This document shows, piece by piece, positions 15,839 through 24,119 of a stretch of DNA of 32,000 nt. Numbering within the stretch: the first letter of the stretch is position 1; each line of letters opens with the position of its first letter. The stretch comes from Candidatus Saccharimonadota bacterium. GTDB lineage: Bacteria > Patescibacteriota > Patescibacteriia > 2-12-FULL-60-25. Below the pieces are notes generated by a model. It had not been told where the DNA came from. It saw only the letters and a list, made by a program, of their open reading frames with translations, and did not search any database. Made by a program: the position numbers and the translations under genes. The stretch is from the NCBI GenBank assembly GCA_963718585.1, contig OY970357.1, forward strand, positions 840,001 to 872,000, given 5' to 3'.

Positions 15839-15867
15839 ACCATACGGCGCGCCACGCGTCCGGTCAA
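15839..15867 (-). promoter_or_regulatory. promoter candidate (TTGACC-17-TATGGT)
   Basis: Minus strand: TTGACC (15862-15867), 17-nt spacer, TATGGT (15839-15844). Confidence 0.4.
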
Positions 15868-15877
15868 GACGAGATAC

Positions 15878-15900
15878 AAAAAACCCCGCCTTCCGCGGAG
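15878..15900 (-). terminator. terminator candidate ending the 16S transcription unit
   Basis: Minus strand: CTCCGC-ggaag-GCGGGG (one G-U pair) followed by U6. Lies just 3' of the processing-stem arm. Confidence 0.55.
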
Positions 15901-15917
15901 CATTTGCTTCGACATTT

Positions 15918-15933
15918 CAGAAGAGTGACCATC
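15918..15933 (-). promoter_or_regulatory. 16S trailer arm of the leader-trailer processing stem
   Basis: The 16-nt run 15918-15933 is the exact reverse complement of 17591-17606. A further CGACA/TGTCG 5-bp segment pairs across a small bulge. Confidence 0.7.
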
Positions 15934-16005
15934 CGAACCGAGAACGACCTTGGGAATTTTATCCTGATCCTCCGCCGAAGCGGATGACAGTTGATATCTC
16001 CCTAG

Positions 16006-17510
<1,505 letters not shown>

Positions 17511-17590
17511 AACCCTCGAGCCTGGTGGATCGAGGATCAATCAATATGATGCCTTCTCGTCCGAAGACGAGTCGGCTAGACCCGATTCAT

Positions 17591-17606
17591 GATGGTCACT
17601 CTTCTG
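17591..17606 (-). promoter_or_regulatory. 16S leader arm of the processing stem
   Basis: Complementary to 15918-15933 (see above). Classic RNase III-type stem bracketing the mature 16S. Confidence 0.7.
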
Positions 17607-17706
17607 TTGTCGAAGTGGCGGTCCGTTGCTCAGCGACACGAAACCACGCTCTTGGCGTGGATGTCTCGTTCGTCTGTGGAAGGCACCGAGGTTTGGACGT
17701 GCCGGA

Positions 17707-17735
17707 AGGTTACCTGAGCCCGACGACCGTGTCAA
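17707..17735 (-). promoter_or_regulatory. 16S promoter candidate (TTGACA-17-TAACCT) with upstream A-tract
   Basis: Minus strand: GGACAAAAAACAC-TTGACA (17730-17735), 17-nt spacer, TAACCT (17707-17712). About 190-nt leader. Confidence 0.45.
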
Positions 17736-17773
17736 GTGTTTTTTGTCCACTGGATCTGCCCGATTTTACAGAT

Positions 17774-17807
17774 AAAAAAAGCCCCGCCATTCGAGCACAG
17801 CGAGGCT
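17774..17807 (-). terminator. terminator after the lipoprotein gene
   Basis: Minus strand: AGCCTCGC...GCGGGGCT stem (one G-U pair, 12-nt loop) followed by U7. Confidence 0.6.
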
Positions 17808-17822
17808 TAGAAGAGGGGCCGA

Positions 17823-18524
17823 TCAGGGAGCGATGACCGTCTGCCACCCGCCCCAAAGGTTTTGGGTCGGATCGATGGGCATCGAGGTGTCGAAGTCGAG
17901 GCCGACGATCTCGAACAGGCCGATGAACTGATGCCCGATCAACGACCCCGGGACGATGTCGTGGGGCGCGATATCAGCCCGGAACTCGAACGTCGCCTCC
18001 GTATCCTGCTGCAGGACGAACGGTCCAATGAATGACGCGCGGATCTCGGGGGTTCCGTCGTAGGCCTGCGCCACCTGGAACCCGGTCGGCTGCAGGATGT
18101 TGACGTCGCCGCCCATGAACGATGGATTTTGGAAATTCCAGTCGTTCTGATCCACGCCGCAAGCGTTCGTGCAGAAGAAGGTCGGCGCATCGGCTCGGAT
18201 GGCGAAATCCATTTCCGTGATCGTGACATCGCCGCACGAGGCCATGAGGGTCACAGTCACGAACGGAACGCCTTCGGTCCCGGCCGCGACCGCTCCATCA
18301 GGCGGACCGATGACGTTGAAACGGAACGTCGGTCCGACGCAGTCCGAAGATGGCTGATCCGTCCCGCCGTCGTCGACGGGCGGAGACGATGCGATCCGGC
18401 ACGGAGGCGGCGCATCGGCACAGCTCGGAATGTTCTGATCGAGCTTTGTCCCCGAAGGATCGACCTGCCCGCCACATGCGACAGCAAGGCATCCGGTCAG
18501 GACACTGAGAACGAAACGGGTCAT
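17823..18524 (-). CDS. Cys-rich lipoprotein of unknown function (233 aa)
   Basis: Trimmed to MTRFVLSVLTGCLAVAC|GG (lipobox LAVAC), preceded by AAGGAGA SD 5 nt upstream. The mature part looks beta-rich. No family recognised. Confidence 0.7.
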   Translation of the reverse strand: MTRFVLSVLTGCLAVACGGQVDPSGTKLDQNIPSCADAPPPCRIASSPPVDDGGTDQPSSDCVGPTFRFNVIGPPDGAVAAGTEGVPFVTVTLMASCGDVTITEMDFAIRADAPTFFCTNACGVDQNDWNFQNPSFMGGDVNILQPTGFQVAQAYDGTPEIRASFIGPFVLQQDTEATFEFRADIAPHDIVPGSLIGHQFIGLFEIVGLDFDTSMPIDPTQNLWGGWQTVIAP

Positions 18525-18575
18525 CTGCTCTCCTTGAAAGAGGTGAAAAGTCCGACTTCCAGAAAGGAATAGCCG

Positions 18576-18604
18576 AACATACGCGAATCCGGTGTATTTG
18601 TCAA
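18576..18604 (-). promoter_or_regulatory. lipoprotein promoter (TTGACA-17-TATGTT)
   Basis: Minus strand: TTGACA (18599-18604), 17-nt spacer, TATGTT (18576-18581). Confidence 0.55.
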
Positions 18605-18627
18605 TCCAAAAACGCGCTCCGATCGAG

Positions 18628-18674
18628 ACGTGGGACAGTTGACAAAATAGCGATTTTCGCGTATAGTCCCACGT
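18628..18674. promoter_or_regulatory. perfect 9-bp inverted repeat ACGTGGGAC-N29-GTCCCACGT bracketing the paralog-A promoter (operator candidate)
   Basis: Arms at 18628-18636 and 18666-18674. The left arm abuts the -35 box and the right arm overlaps the -10 box and TSS. Confidence 0.5.
18639..18667 (+). promoter_or_regulatory. paralog-A promoter (TTGACA-17-TATAGT)
   Basis: TTGACA 18639-18644, 17-nt spacer, TATAGT 18662-18667. Confidence 0.55.
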
Positions 18675-18720
18675 TCTTTCCAAAACCGATCTTCGGCATC
18701 TCACACAACAAGGAGTCGCC

Positions 18721-19362
18721 GTGAGCTTCCATAACTCGCAACGAGCATTCCTCATGATCCAGGCACTCGACGTGGTCGAAGCCTGTCTCGCGAAGGAGAG
18801 CGTGGACGAACGCGATGCTGCCATCCTGGCAGGGATCCCCCACCTTGGCCTCCCACCGCTGACCATGGGTCAGAGGCGGCCACTCGCTCTCCGGAAATTC
18901 GACGCCCCTCCGGGCTCCTGGTCCCAGGTGGCCGAGCTCATGATCCGCAGCGCCGCGAGCAAACAAAACCGTTCCAACGGCCTCGTCCTCCACGTCCTGC
19001 GTGCCACGCGTCGCTCCCTCCGCCTCGCCTGCAAGGCAGAGGACATCGAAATTCCCCGTCCGCCGCTCTACACCGGCCGGGTCACTGGCCTCCTGAACAA
19101 TGCCGTGGACCAAAACGTGGACCATGGCGACGAGGAGACCGACGCCGCGTACGAGGCCTGCGCGTGGATGCTACGCTCCGTCATCCCTCAGGAGGCCGAA
19201 CGACGCGAATTGTCCCTTGAGGACATCGCCGACTTCAACAAAGAAGTGGTCGACTTCCTCGAGGAGGTCCTTACGGACGCCAAGATCCCGGACCCACGAA
19301 AGACCGCTCATTCGTGGTTCCTCAACTTCATGGATAGCGTGGCCGCTCAAAAAGCCGCCTGA
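18721..19362 (+). CDS. uncharacterised protein, paralog A (213 aa)
   Basis: GTG start with AAGGAG 5 nt upstream. Shares LG-PP, G(R/K)(R/K)P, AP(P/A)GSW, PPL..RV..LL and AC.WM motifs with the next gene. Confidence 0.7.
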   Translation: MSFHNSQRAFLMIQALDVVEACLAKESVDERDAAILAGIPHLGLPPLTMGQRRPLALRKFDAPPGSWSQVAELMIRSAASKQNRSNGLVLHVLRATRRSLRLACKAEDIEIPRPPLYTGRVTGLLNNAVDQNVDHGDEETDAAYEACAWMLRSVIPQEAERRELSLEDIADFNKEVVDFLEEVLTDAKIPDPRKTAHSWFLNFMDSVAAQKAA

Positions 19363-19376
19363 TCCCTCATTTCTCA

Positions 19377-19411
19377 GCCCCACCGTGACCGAACGGTGGG
19401 GCTTTTCTTTT
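19377..19411 (+). terminator. Rho-independent terminator
   Basis: GCCCCACCG-tgaccgaa-CGGTGGGGC 9-bp stem followed by TTTTCTTTT. Confidence 0.75.
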
Positions 19412-19501
19412 CGCTTGCTATAGCGAATTTATGTTAAATAAGCCATTTTCAATACTGTTTATTTTTGTTTAAATTAAGCGAATATTGTGTAAGTTTATGC
19501 C

Positions 19502-19530
19502 TTGACAAACTGGTCTATCTGTGCTATATT
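19502..19530 (+). promoter_or_regulatory. paralog-B promoter (TTGACA-17-TGcTATATT, extended -10) inside an AT-rich island
   Basis: TTGACA 19502-19507, 17-nt spacer ending in TGC, TATATT 19525-19530. Confidence 0.6.
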
Positions 19531-19626
19531 ATTTGGTCAAAAAGGCTGAGAACGCCCAAGTAGACCGGCCGCATCTGCGACCGTCGTACCCCACAATCAA
19601 ACCCGATTCCCACCAGGAGGTGGTCC

Positions 19627-20769
19627 ATGAACACGATCGCAATCGATTCGAAGAAGCTCGAGATCCTGAACGTCGCTCTCGCCGCCATCGAGACCTGCCA
19701 GAAGAACGGCAAGGTCACGGTCGACGAGCTCGGCCCCATCTCGAGCGCGATCGCGCTCGGGATCCAGCCTCCGTACGTGGCAAAGGGCCGTAAGCCCTTC
19801 ACGCGCAAGGACGTGTCCGCACCCGCGGGCAGCTGGCAGCACTTCGCTGACGCCCTGGCTCAGCTCGAGTCCCAGGAATGGGACCGCGCGGCTCTGCAGG
19901 CCTCCACCAAGGAGACCGAGGACCCCATGAAGAAGGAGCGCTTCCAGAAGCGCCTCGGCTTCATGAACTTCCTCATGAGCGCGGTCCGCGGAGCGGTCTT
20001 CTACGCCGTGAAGCTGGAGGAAGAGGCCGTCCGACAGGCAGAGCAGAAGGCAGCGCGTGAGGCCGAGAAGGCACGCAGGGCAGCTGCGCTCGCCGCACTC
20101 TCCGACGAGGAGCGCGCGGCGCGCAAGGCGGCGGCCGAGGCGCTTCGAGCCGAACAGTCTCGGCGCGATCAGGCTCGCAAGAGCTTGATGGCCGCGGCCG
20201 AGTTCAACAGCTCGGCCCCTGCCCCGGCACCCACGCGCGACGATCGTGGACGGACGGTGCGTCAGCACCCCCCGCTCACGCCTGATCGCGTACGTGACCT
20301 CCTCGACCGCAAGGAACGGGATCTCACGACGGGCAACCGCGGCAAAGGCGAGGCCCTCCGCGACGCCTGTCGTTGGATGGTCGGCCTGGTCCTGCGCGAG
20401 CAGAACCGCCTCGACGACGCGACCTTGCAGCAGTGCAAGGGCGAAGTCACCATCGCGGCGACGTCGGCCTTCATGATCGACAACGGCGGGAATATGGCCG
20501 AGGCCGAGCGGCAGGCGCAGTCGTTCCTCGACGACTGCGTCCGGTTCAACCGCAATAAGGCGAACCTGGCCAAGGGCAAGCCTTCGCGCAAACCCAAGGC
20601 CTCGAACACAAAGAGGGACAACGCGCCGGCAACGGAGCGAAGCCCCGAACCCGTGGTCCAAGCCAAGACCGATCCTGCCCCGGCCCCTGTCGAGCCGCCT
20701 GCGCCCGAGGCCAAGCCGCGCCGCGTCTCCAAGCCGGCACCTCCGCCGGCAACCTGCTACGTCTCGTAG
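19627..20769 (+). CDS. uncharacterised protein, paralog B (380 aa) with Ala/Arg/Glu coiled-coil insert and Pro/Lys-rich tail
   Basis: ATG preceded by AGGAGG (19613-19618). N- and C-terminal blocks are homologous to paralog A. aa ~129-185 read EEEAVRQAEQKAAREAEKARRAAALAALSDEERAARKAAAEALRAEQSRRDQARK. The tail reads KGKPSRKPKASNTKR...PAPEAKPRRVSKPAPPPATCYVS. Confidence 0.7.
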   Translation: MNTIAIDSKKLEILNVALAAIETCQKNGKVTVDELGPISSAIALGIQPPYVAKGRKPFTRKDVSAPAGSWQHFADALAQLESQEWDRAALQASTKETEDPMKKERFQKRLGFMNFLMSAVRGAVFYAVKLEEEAVRQAEQKAAREAEKARRAAALAALSDEERAARKAAAEALRAEQSRRDQARKSLMAAAEFNSSAPAPAPTRDDRGRTVRQHPPLTPDRVRDLLDRKERDLTTGNRGKGEALRDACRWMVGLVLREQNRLDDATLQQCKGEVTIAATSAFMIDNGGNMAEAERQAQSFLDDCVRFNRNKANLAKGKPSRKPKASNTKRDNAPATERSPEPVVQAKTDPAPAPVEPPAPEAKPRRVSKPAPPPATCYVS

Positions 20770-20968
20770 TAGCAACGCACCTTCGCCTCGTTCAACGAGG
20801 CCCCTCGCCAGCTGGGAACGCTGGTAACACTCTTCTCTCCCCGTTCGGAAATTCTTTCCGGACGGGGTGCGACTTCTCGGCATGAGCATCCACTCGTGCC
20901 CACAAGCCGCACCTCACAATACGATCTCGCCGGCCATATGCCGGCGTTGTCGTTTACCTGCGGATCCA

Positions 20969-20997
20969 TTGACAAAACCGACTTTTTTTGATATGTT
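20969..20997 (+). promoter_or_regulatory. promoter (TTGACA-17-TGaTATGTT, extended -10)
   Basis: TTGACA 20969-20974, 17-nt spacer, TATGTT 20992-20997. Predicted TSS near 21004. Confidence 0.5.
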
Positions 20998-21040
20998 CAG
21001 TTGTTCCGTATTACGCCAAAAGGCAAAGACGGAACGCCCT

Positions 21041-21158
21041 GGACCTTCACGTTTGGATGCAGCACGCGAAGCGAGCGAGCACGCGAGGAGGCGTACGGAG
21101 CGTACGTCGACGAGCGCGCGGAGATCGCGACAATGTGATGCGCCGAACGTGGAGGTCC
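21041..21158 (+). promoter_or_regulatory. structured 5' leader with long-range helix sequestering the SD of the epimerase gene
   Basis: 21041-21056 (GGACCTTCACGTTTGG) pairs with 21143-21158 (CCGAACGTGGAGGTCC): 16 bp including 2 G-U pairs. The GGAGG SD (21151-21155) lies in the 3' arm. The enclosed 86 nt are GC-rich, with a CGTACG-gag-CGTACG hairpin. Confidence 0.4.
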
Positions 21159-21165
21159 ACATCGT

Positions 21166-22125
21166 ATGAAAAAGCACATCCTCATCACCGGCGGTGCCGG
21201 CTTCATCGGATCGCATCTCACAGATGCGCTGGTTCAGCGTGGCTATGAGGTCACGGTCCTCGACAAAAAATCCCCCGCGGAAAGCCTGTACGTCCATCCG
21301 GACGCCGGCGTCCTCCGCATCGATCTGACACATCCCGAGGCCATGGCGCTCGTCAAAGCACTCGCCCCGGACGTGATCGTCCACCTGGCGGCAAATGCCA
21401 ACGTAGCCAAATCCGTCGCCGATCCGGCGATGGACGCGGAGATCAACTATCTCGCGACGGTCCGTCTCCTTGAGACGGCCAAGGACCTCGGTGTGGAGAA
21501 ATTCATCTTCACGTCGACCGGCGGTGCGCTCTCTTCTGAGCACACCGTCCTGCCGACACCCGAAGATCGTCCGGCTGAACCGCTCTCCCCGTATGCCCGC
21601 CACAAGCTGGCATCCGAGCAGATGGGTGCGTTCTACGCCAAGACGCACGGGTTGCCGTTCGTGGCGCTGCGCCCGGCCAACGTCTATGGTCCGCGCCAGT
21701 CGCCGACCCAGGGCGAGGCCAATGTCATCGCGACGTTCGCCGAACGGATGCAGAAGAACGAACAGACGGTCGTGAATGGCACCGGCCTCCTGACACGTGA
21801 TTACGTCTATATCGATGACGTGGTCCGCGCGATCGTCCTGGCGCTTGAGAACGAAGATACCCTTGGCATCTTCAACATCGGATCTGGAACGGAAACGACC
21901 GTTCTCGACATCCATCGCCTGGTCGCAAAAGCTTCCGGCTATCCGGCCGCACCGGTCCACGGACCCGCGGCCAAAGGCGAACCCCAGCGATCCTGCCTCG
22001 ACATCACCAAGGCCAACACCGTCCTCGGCTGGCGGCCGACCGTGAGGCTCGAAGACGGGATCGAACGGACGGTCGCTTGGGTCGGACGTGAGAATACGAA
22101 GCCTGTCGCGATCGAAGCCGCGTAA
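21166..22125 (+). CDS. NAD-dependent epimerase/dehydratase (UDP-glucose 4-epimerase-like SDR)
   Basis: ILITGGAGFIGSHL Rossmann motif and catalytic YARHK (YxxxK). 319 aa. Confidence 0.9.
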   Translation: MKKHILITGGAGFIGSHLTDALVQRGYEVTVLDKKSPAESLYVHPDAGVLRIDLTHPEAMALVKALAPDVIVHLAANANVAKSVADPAMDAEINYLATVRLLETAKDLGVEKFIFTSTGGALSSEHTVLPTPEDRPAEPLSPYARHKLASEQMGAFYAKTHGLPFVALRPANVYGPRQSPTQGEANVIATFAERMQKNEQTVVNGTGLLTRDYVYIDDVVRAIVLALENEDTLGIFNIGSGTETTVLDIHRLVAKASGYPAAPVHGPAAKGEPQRSCLDITKANTVLGWRPTVRLEDGIERTVAWVGRENTKPVAIEAA

Positions 22126-22138
22126 CACCGGTGAATAG

Positions 22139-22166
22139 CCCCGCCTCTCTATGAGGCGGGGTTTTT
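22139..22166 (+). terminator. Rho-independent terminator
   Basis: CCCCGCCTC-tctat-GAGGCGGGG 9-bp stem followed by T5. Confidence 0.8.
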
Positions 22167-22239
22167 CTATTCTCGGATGCTCTGCGGTGGAACACCAACG
22201 CCTCATTGAGGTCCTCAATGGGAAATTAATAACAAATAT

Positions 22240-22328
22240 GTCATTTCGAGCTTGTCGAGAAATCTTCGCATTGGAATCGTCAGGCTGAACATCCAACATG
22301 AAGATCTCTCCGCTCCGGTCGAGATGAC
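22240..22328. repeat. imperfect inverted repeat GTCATTTCGAGC ... GGTCGAGATGAC between convergent genes (REP/MITE-like)
   Basis: Arms at 22240-22251 and 22317-22328 match 10 of 12 positions. The TGTCAT-hairpin architecture resembles the element at 13773-13799. Confidence 0.35.
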
Positions 22329-22331
22329 GGG

Positions 22332-23141
22332 TTACTTTATTATTTTCCGCGTCAGCCTCGCCCAATCATCTGGCGAAAGATCCTCAGCTCGTGCTTTCGA
22401 AGCAATGTCGACATCTTCCAACAGCCGCGCGGCGAGCTTCAAATTCGATGAGAGCAGTTTCCGAGGATGCGCAAACCCCCTCTTCGCGATCTCCATGATC
22501 TTCACGGGATCGATCCCCCAACGCTCTTCCCGTTCCGGCCACGGCATGGGAGAGATGCGGATCACGGCAGATTCGACCTTCGGTGCGGGATAGAATGCGC
22601 TCGCAGGAACACGGCGCGTGATCCGAGCAGACGAAGCGGACAGCGCGACCATGAGTGAGAGTAGGGACATCTTGTGATCGCGCATGACGATGCGCTCCGC
22701 AACTTCCCTCTGAATCAATGCCACGAGCATCTCCGGCGGATGTGGTGCCCAAAGCGCCTTCCGTAATGCGAACGATGTGATGCCATATGGCAGGTTCGAG
22801 ACGAACTTCCATTCTTCATCTCCCATCGCCTCATGCCAATGCACGTCCGTCGCATCCCCTTTGATCAGGGTGAATGCCTCATTAGCGAACCGCTCATCAA
22901 GATACGCCTGGAACCGCCGATCCTTTTCAATGGCCGTCACGTCTGCCCCGGCATCCAACAAGGCATGCGTCAACACGCCAAGCCCAGGCCCGATCTCAAG
23001 CACGCGATCTCCGGAGCGGATATTCGCTTCTTCGACGATCGTTGCGAGGACCGGCTTATTGATCAAAAAATGCTGACCGAGTCGTTTGTTCGGTCCGGCG
23101 CCGATCCCGGCGAGTGTCTGTTTGATCTCGGTGGGCGTCAT
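22332..23141 (-). CDS. rsmA: 16S rRNA (adenine1518/1519-N6)-dimethyltransferase
   Basis: LGQHFLINKPVL, SAM motif VLEIGPGLGVLT, SNLPYGITS. Confidence 0.92.
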   Translation of the reverse strand: MTPTEIKQTLAGIGAGPNKRLGQHFLINKPVLATIVEEANIRSGDRVLEIGPGLGVLTHALLDAGADVTAIEKDRRFQAYLDERFANEAFTLIKGDATDVHWHEAMGDEEWKFVSNLPYGITSFALRKALWAPHPPEMLVALIQREVAERIVMRDHKMSLLSLMVALSASSARITRRVPASAFYPAPKVESAVIRISPMPWPEREERWGIDPVKIMEIAKRGFAHPRKLLSSNLKLAARLLEDVDIASKARAEDLSPDDWARLTRKIIK

Positions 23142-23740
23142 AGTCGGATCGCGCCTTCGCGAAGGATCTCCACACGACCGTTCGGCAGGACGCGGGCGAC
23201 CGTCGAGGGCTTCCGGCGGGGCAGCGCGCCCGCATCGATCAAAAGGTCGGGCTGGACCGCGAAGTCACGGAAGGCCCGGACCACCGCCCGACCCGAGGAT
23301 GCGGGGTTCTGACCGCTTCGATTCGCCGAGGTGGCGGCGATCGGATGTCCGAACGCGAGTACGATCCTCTTCGCGACCGCGTCCGGCGTCACGCGGATCC
23401 CGATGATCCGTTTCGGATTCACGCGCGATGGAAAGGTGATCCCATTTCTCAAATGGATGAGCAGGGTCAGCGGACCGGGCCAATACGATCGCGCGAGCTG
23501 ATGCTCGTCCGAGCTCATATCCGCAAGTTTCGACGCCTGAGCAAAGCTCCCTGCAATGAGTTGGAGCGGCTTGGTCTCCGCGCGTCCTTTGATCCGAAAG
23601 ATCTTCCGGATCGCCGCGGCATTCCATGGGTCACACGCTAATCCGTATACGGTCTCGGTCGGCAATGCGATCACGCCGCCGTGCTTCAGGACGCGGACAG
23701 CTTCACGGATCCCCGCGGCGTCTGGATGAACGATCTGCAT
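23138..23740 (-). CDS. tsaC: L-threonylcarbamoyladenylate synthase (YrdC/Sua5 family)
   Basis: GGVIALPTETVYGLACDPWN, IFRIKGR..KPL, SANRSG. ATGA overlap with rsmA. Confidence 0.9.
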   Translation of the reverse strand: MQIVHPDAAGIREAVRVLKHGGVIALPTETVYGLACDPWNAAAIRKIFRIKGRAETKPLQLIAGSFAQASKLADMSSDEHQLARSYWPGPLTLLIHLRNGITFPSRVNPKRIIGIRVTPDAVAKRIVLAFGHPIAATSANRSGQNPASSGRAVVRAFRDFAVQPDLLIDAGALPRRKPSTVARVLPNGRVEILREGAIRL

Positions 23741-23794
23741 GTCCGTATGCTAGTCGAAAAAAGCGGAGATGGCGAGCTATGGTATCCTCCCCTC

Positions 23795-24097
23795 ATGCAT
23801 CATTCCCTTTTTAAGAGACTATTCAGCCTCGGACAGCATAACCATCCGATCGACAAATTAGCGGAGGCGAACAGTCTCCTGACCAGCGTCGCCCTCTATC
23901 CGCAATTCTTCAAAGCGCTCGCAACGCATCAAACGACCGGGATCTCTCCCACGACCTACGCGATCATCCTCGTGAACAACATCGTCTGGATCGCCTATGG
24001 CATCCATCGGAAGACCCCACCACTCGTCCTCGCGTCCACCATGACGGTCATCGCAAGTTTCGGCATCCTCATCCTCATCGCCATCGGCATGGCATGA
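23795..24097 (+). CDS. SemiSWEET / PQ-loop 3-TM transporter (100 aa)
   Basis: Trimmed to MHHSLFKRLF. TM1 carries the PQ motif (SVALYPQFFKAL), followed by GISPTTY...NNIVWIAYGI...PPLVLAS, matching the PQ..K...G.S...W..YG...P SemiSWEET pattern. Confidence 0.72.
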   Translation: MHHSLFKRLFSLGQHNHPIDKLAEANSLLTSVALYPQFFKALATHQTTGISPTTYAIILVNNIVWIAYGIHRKTPPLVLASTMTVIASFGILILIAIGMA

Positions 24098-24101
24098 GAA
24101 A

Positions 24102-24119
24102 ACGACCCCTCAGGGTCGT
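24102..24119. terminator. bidirectional hairpin between convergent SemiSWEET and prfB
   Basis: ACGACCC-ctca-GGGTCGT with A-rich 5' and T-rich 3' flanks. Confidence 0.55.

Noticed and set aside
19431-19472. 13-codon mini-ORF (MLNKPFSILFIFV*) in the AT-rich island as a leader peptide
   Set aside because: It lies upstream of the predicted promoter (-35 at 19502), so it would not be in the paralog-B mRNA. It has no SD and is probably a chance ORF in AT-rich DNA.
20839-20946. Hairpins CCCCGTTCGG...CCGGACGGGG (20839-20872) and CGCCGGC-catat-GCCGGCG (20928-20946) downstream of paralog B as a distinct ncRNA
   Set aside because: They are most simply terminator or stabiliser hairpins for paralog B; the second is followed by TTGTCGTTT. 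There is no independent promoter or further structure to support an RNA gene.
19597-22365. Minus-strand ORFs of 430 aa (19597..20889) and 483 aa (20914..22365)
   Set aside because: They are antisense to paralog B and to the GalE-like epimerase, whose plus-strand frames have SDs, promoters and (for the epimerase) clear motifs. Their composition is the typical high-GC antisense Arg/Gly/Leu bias.
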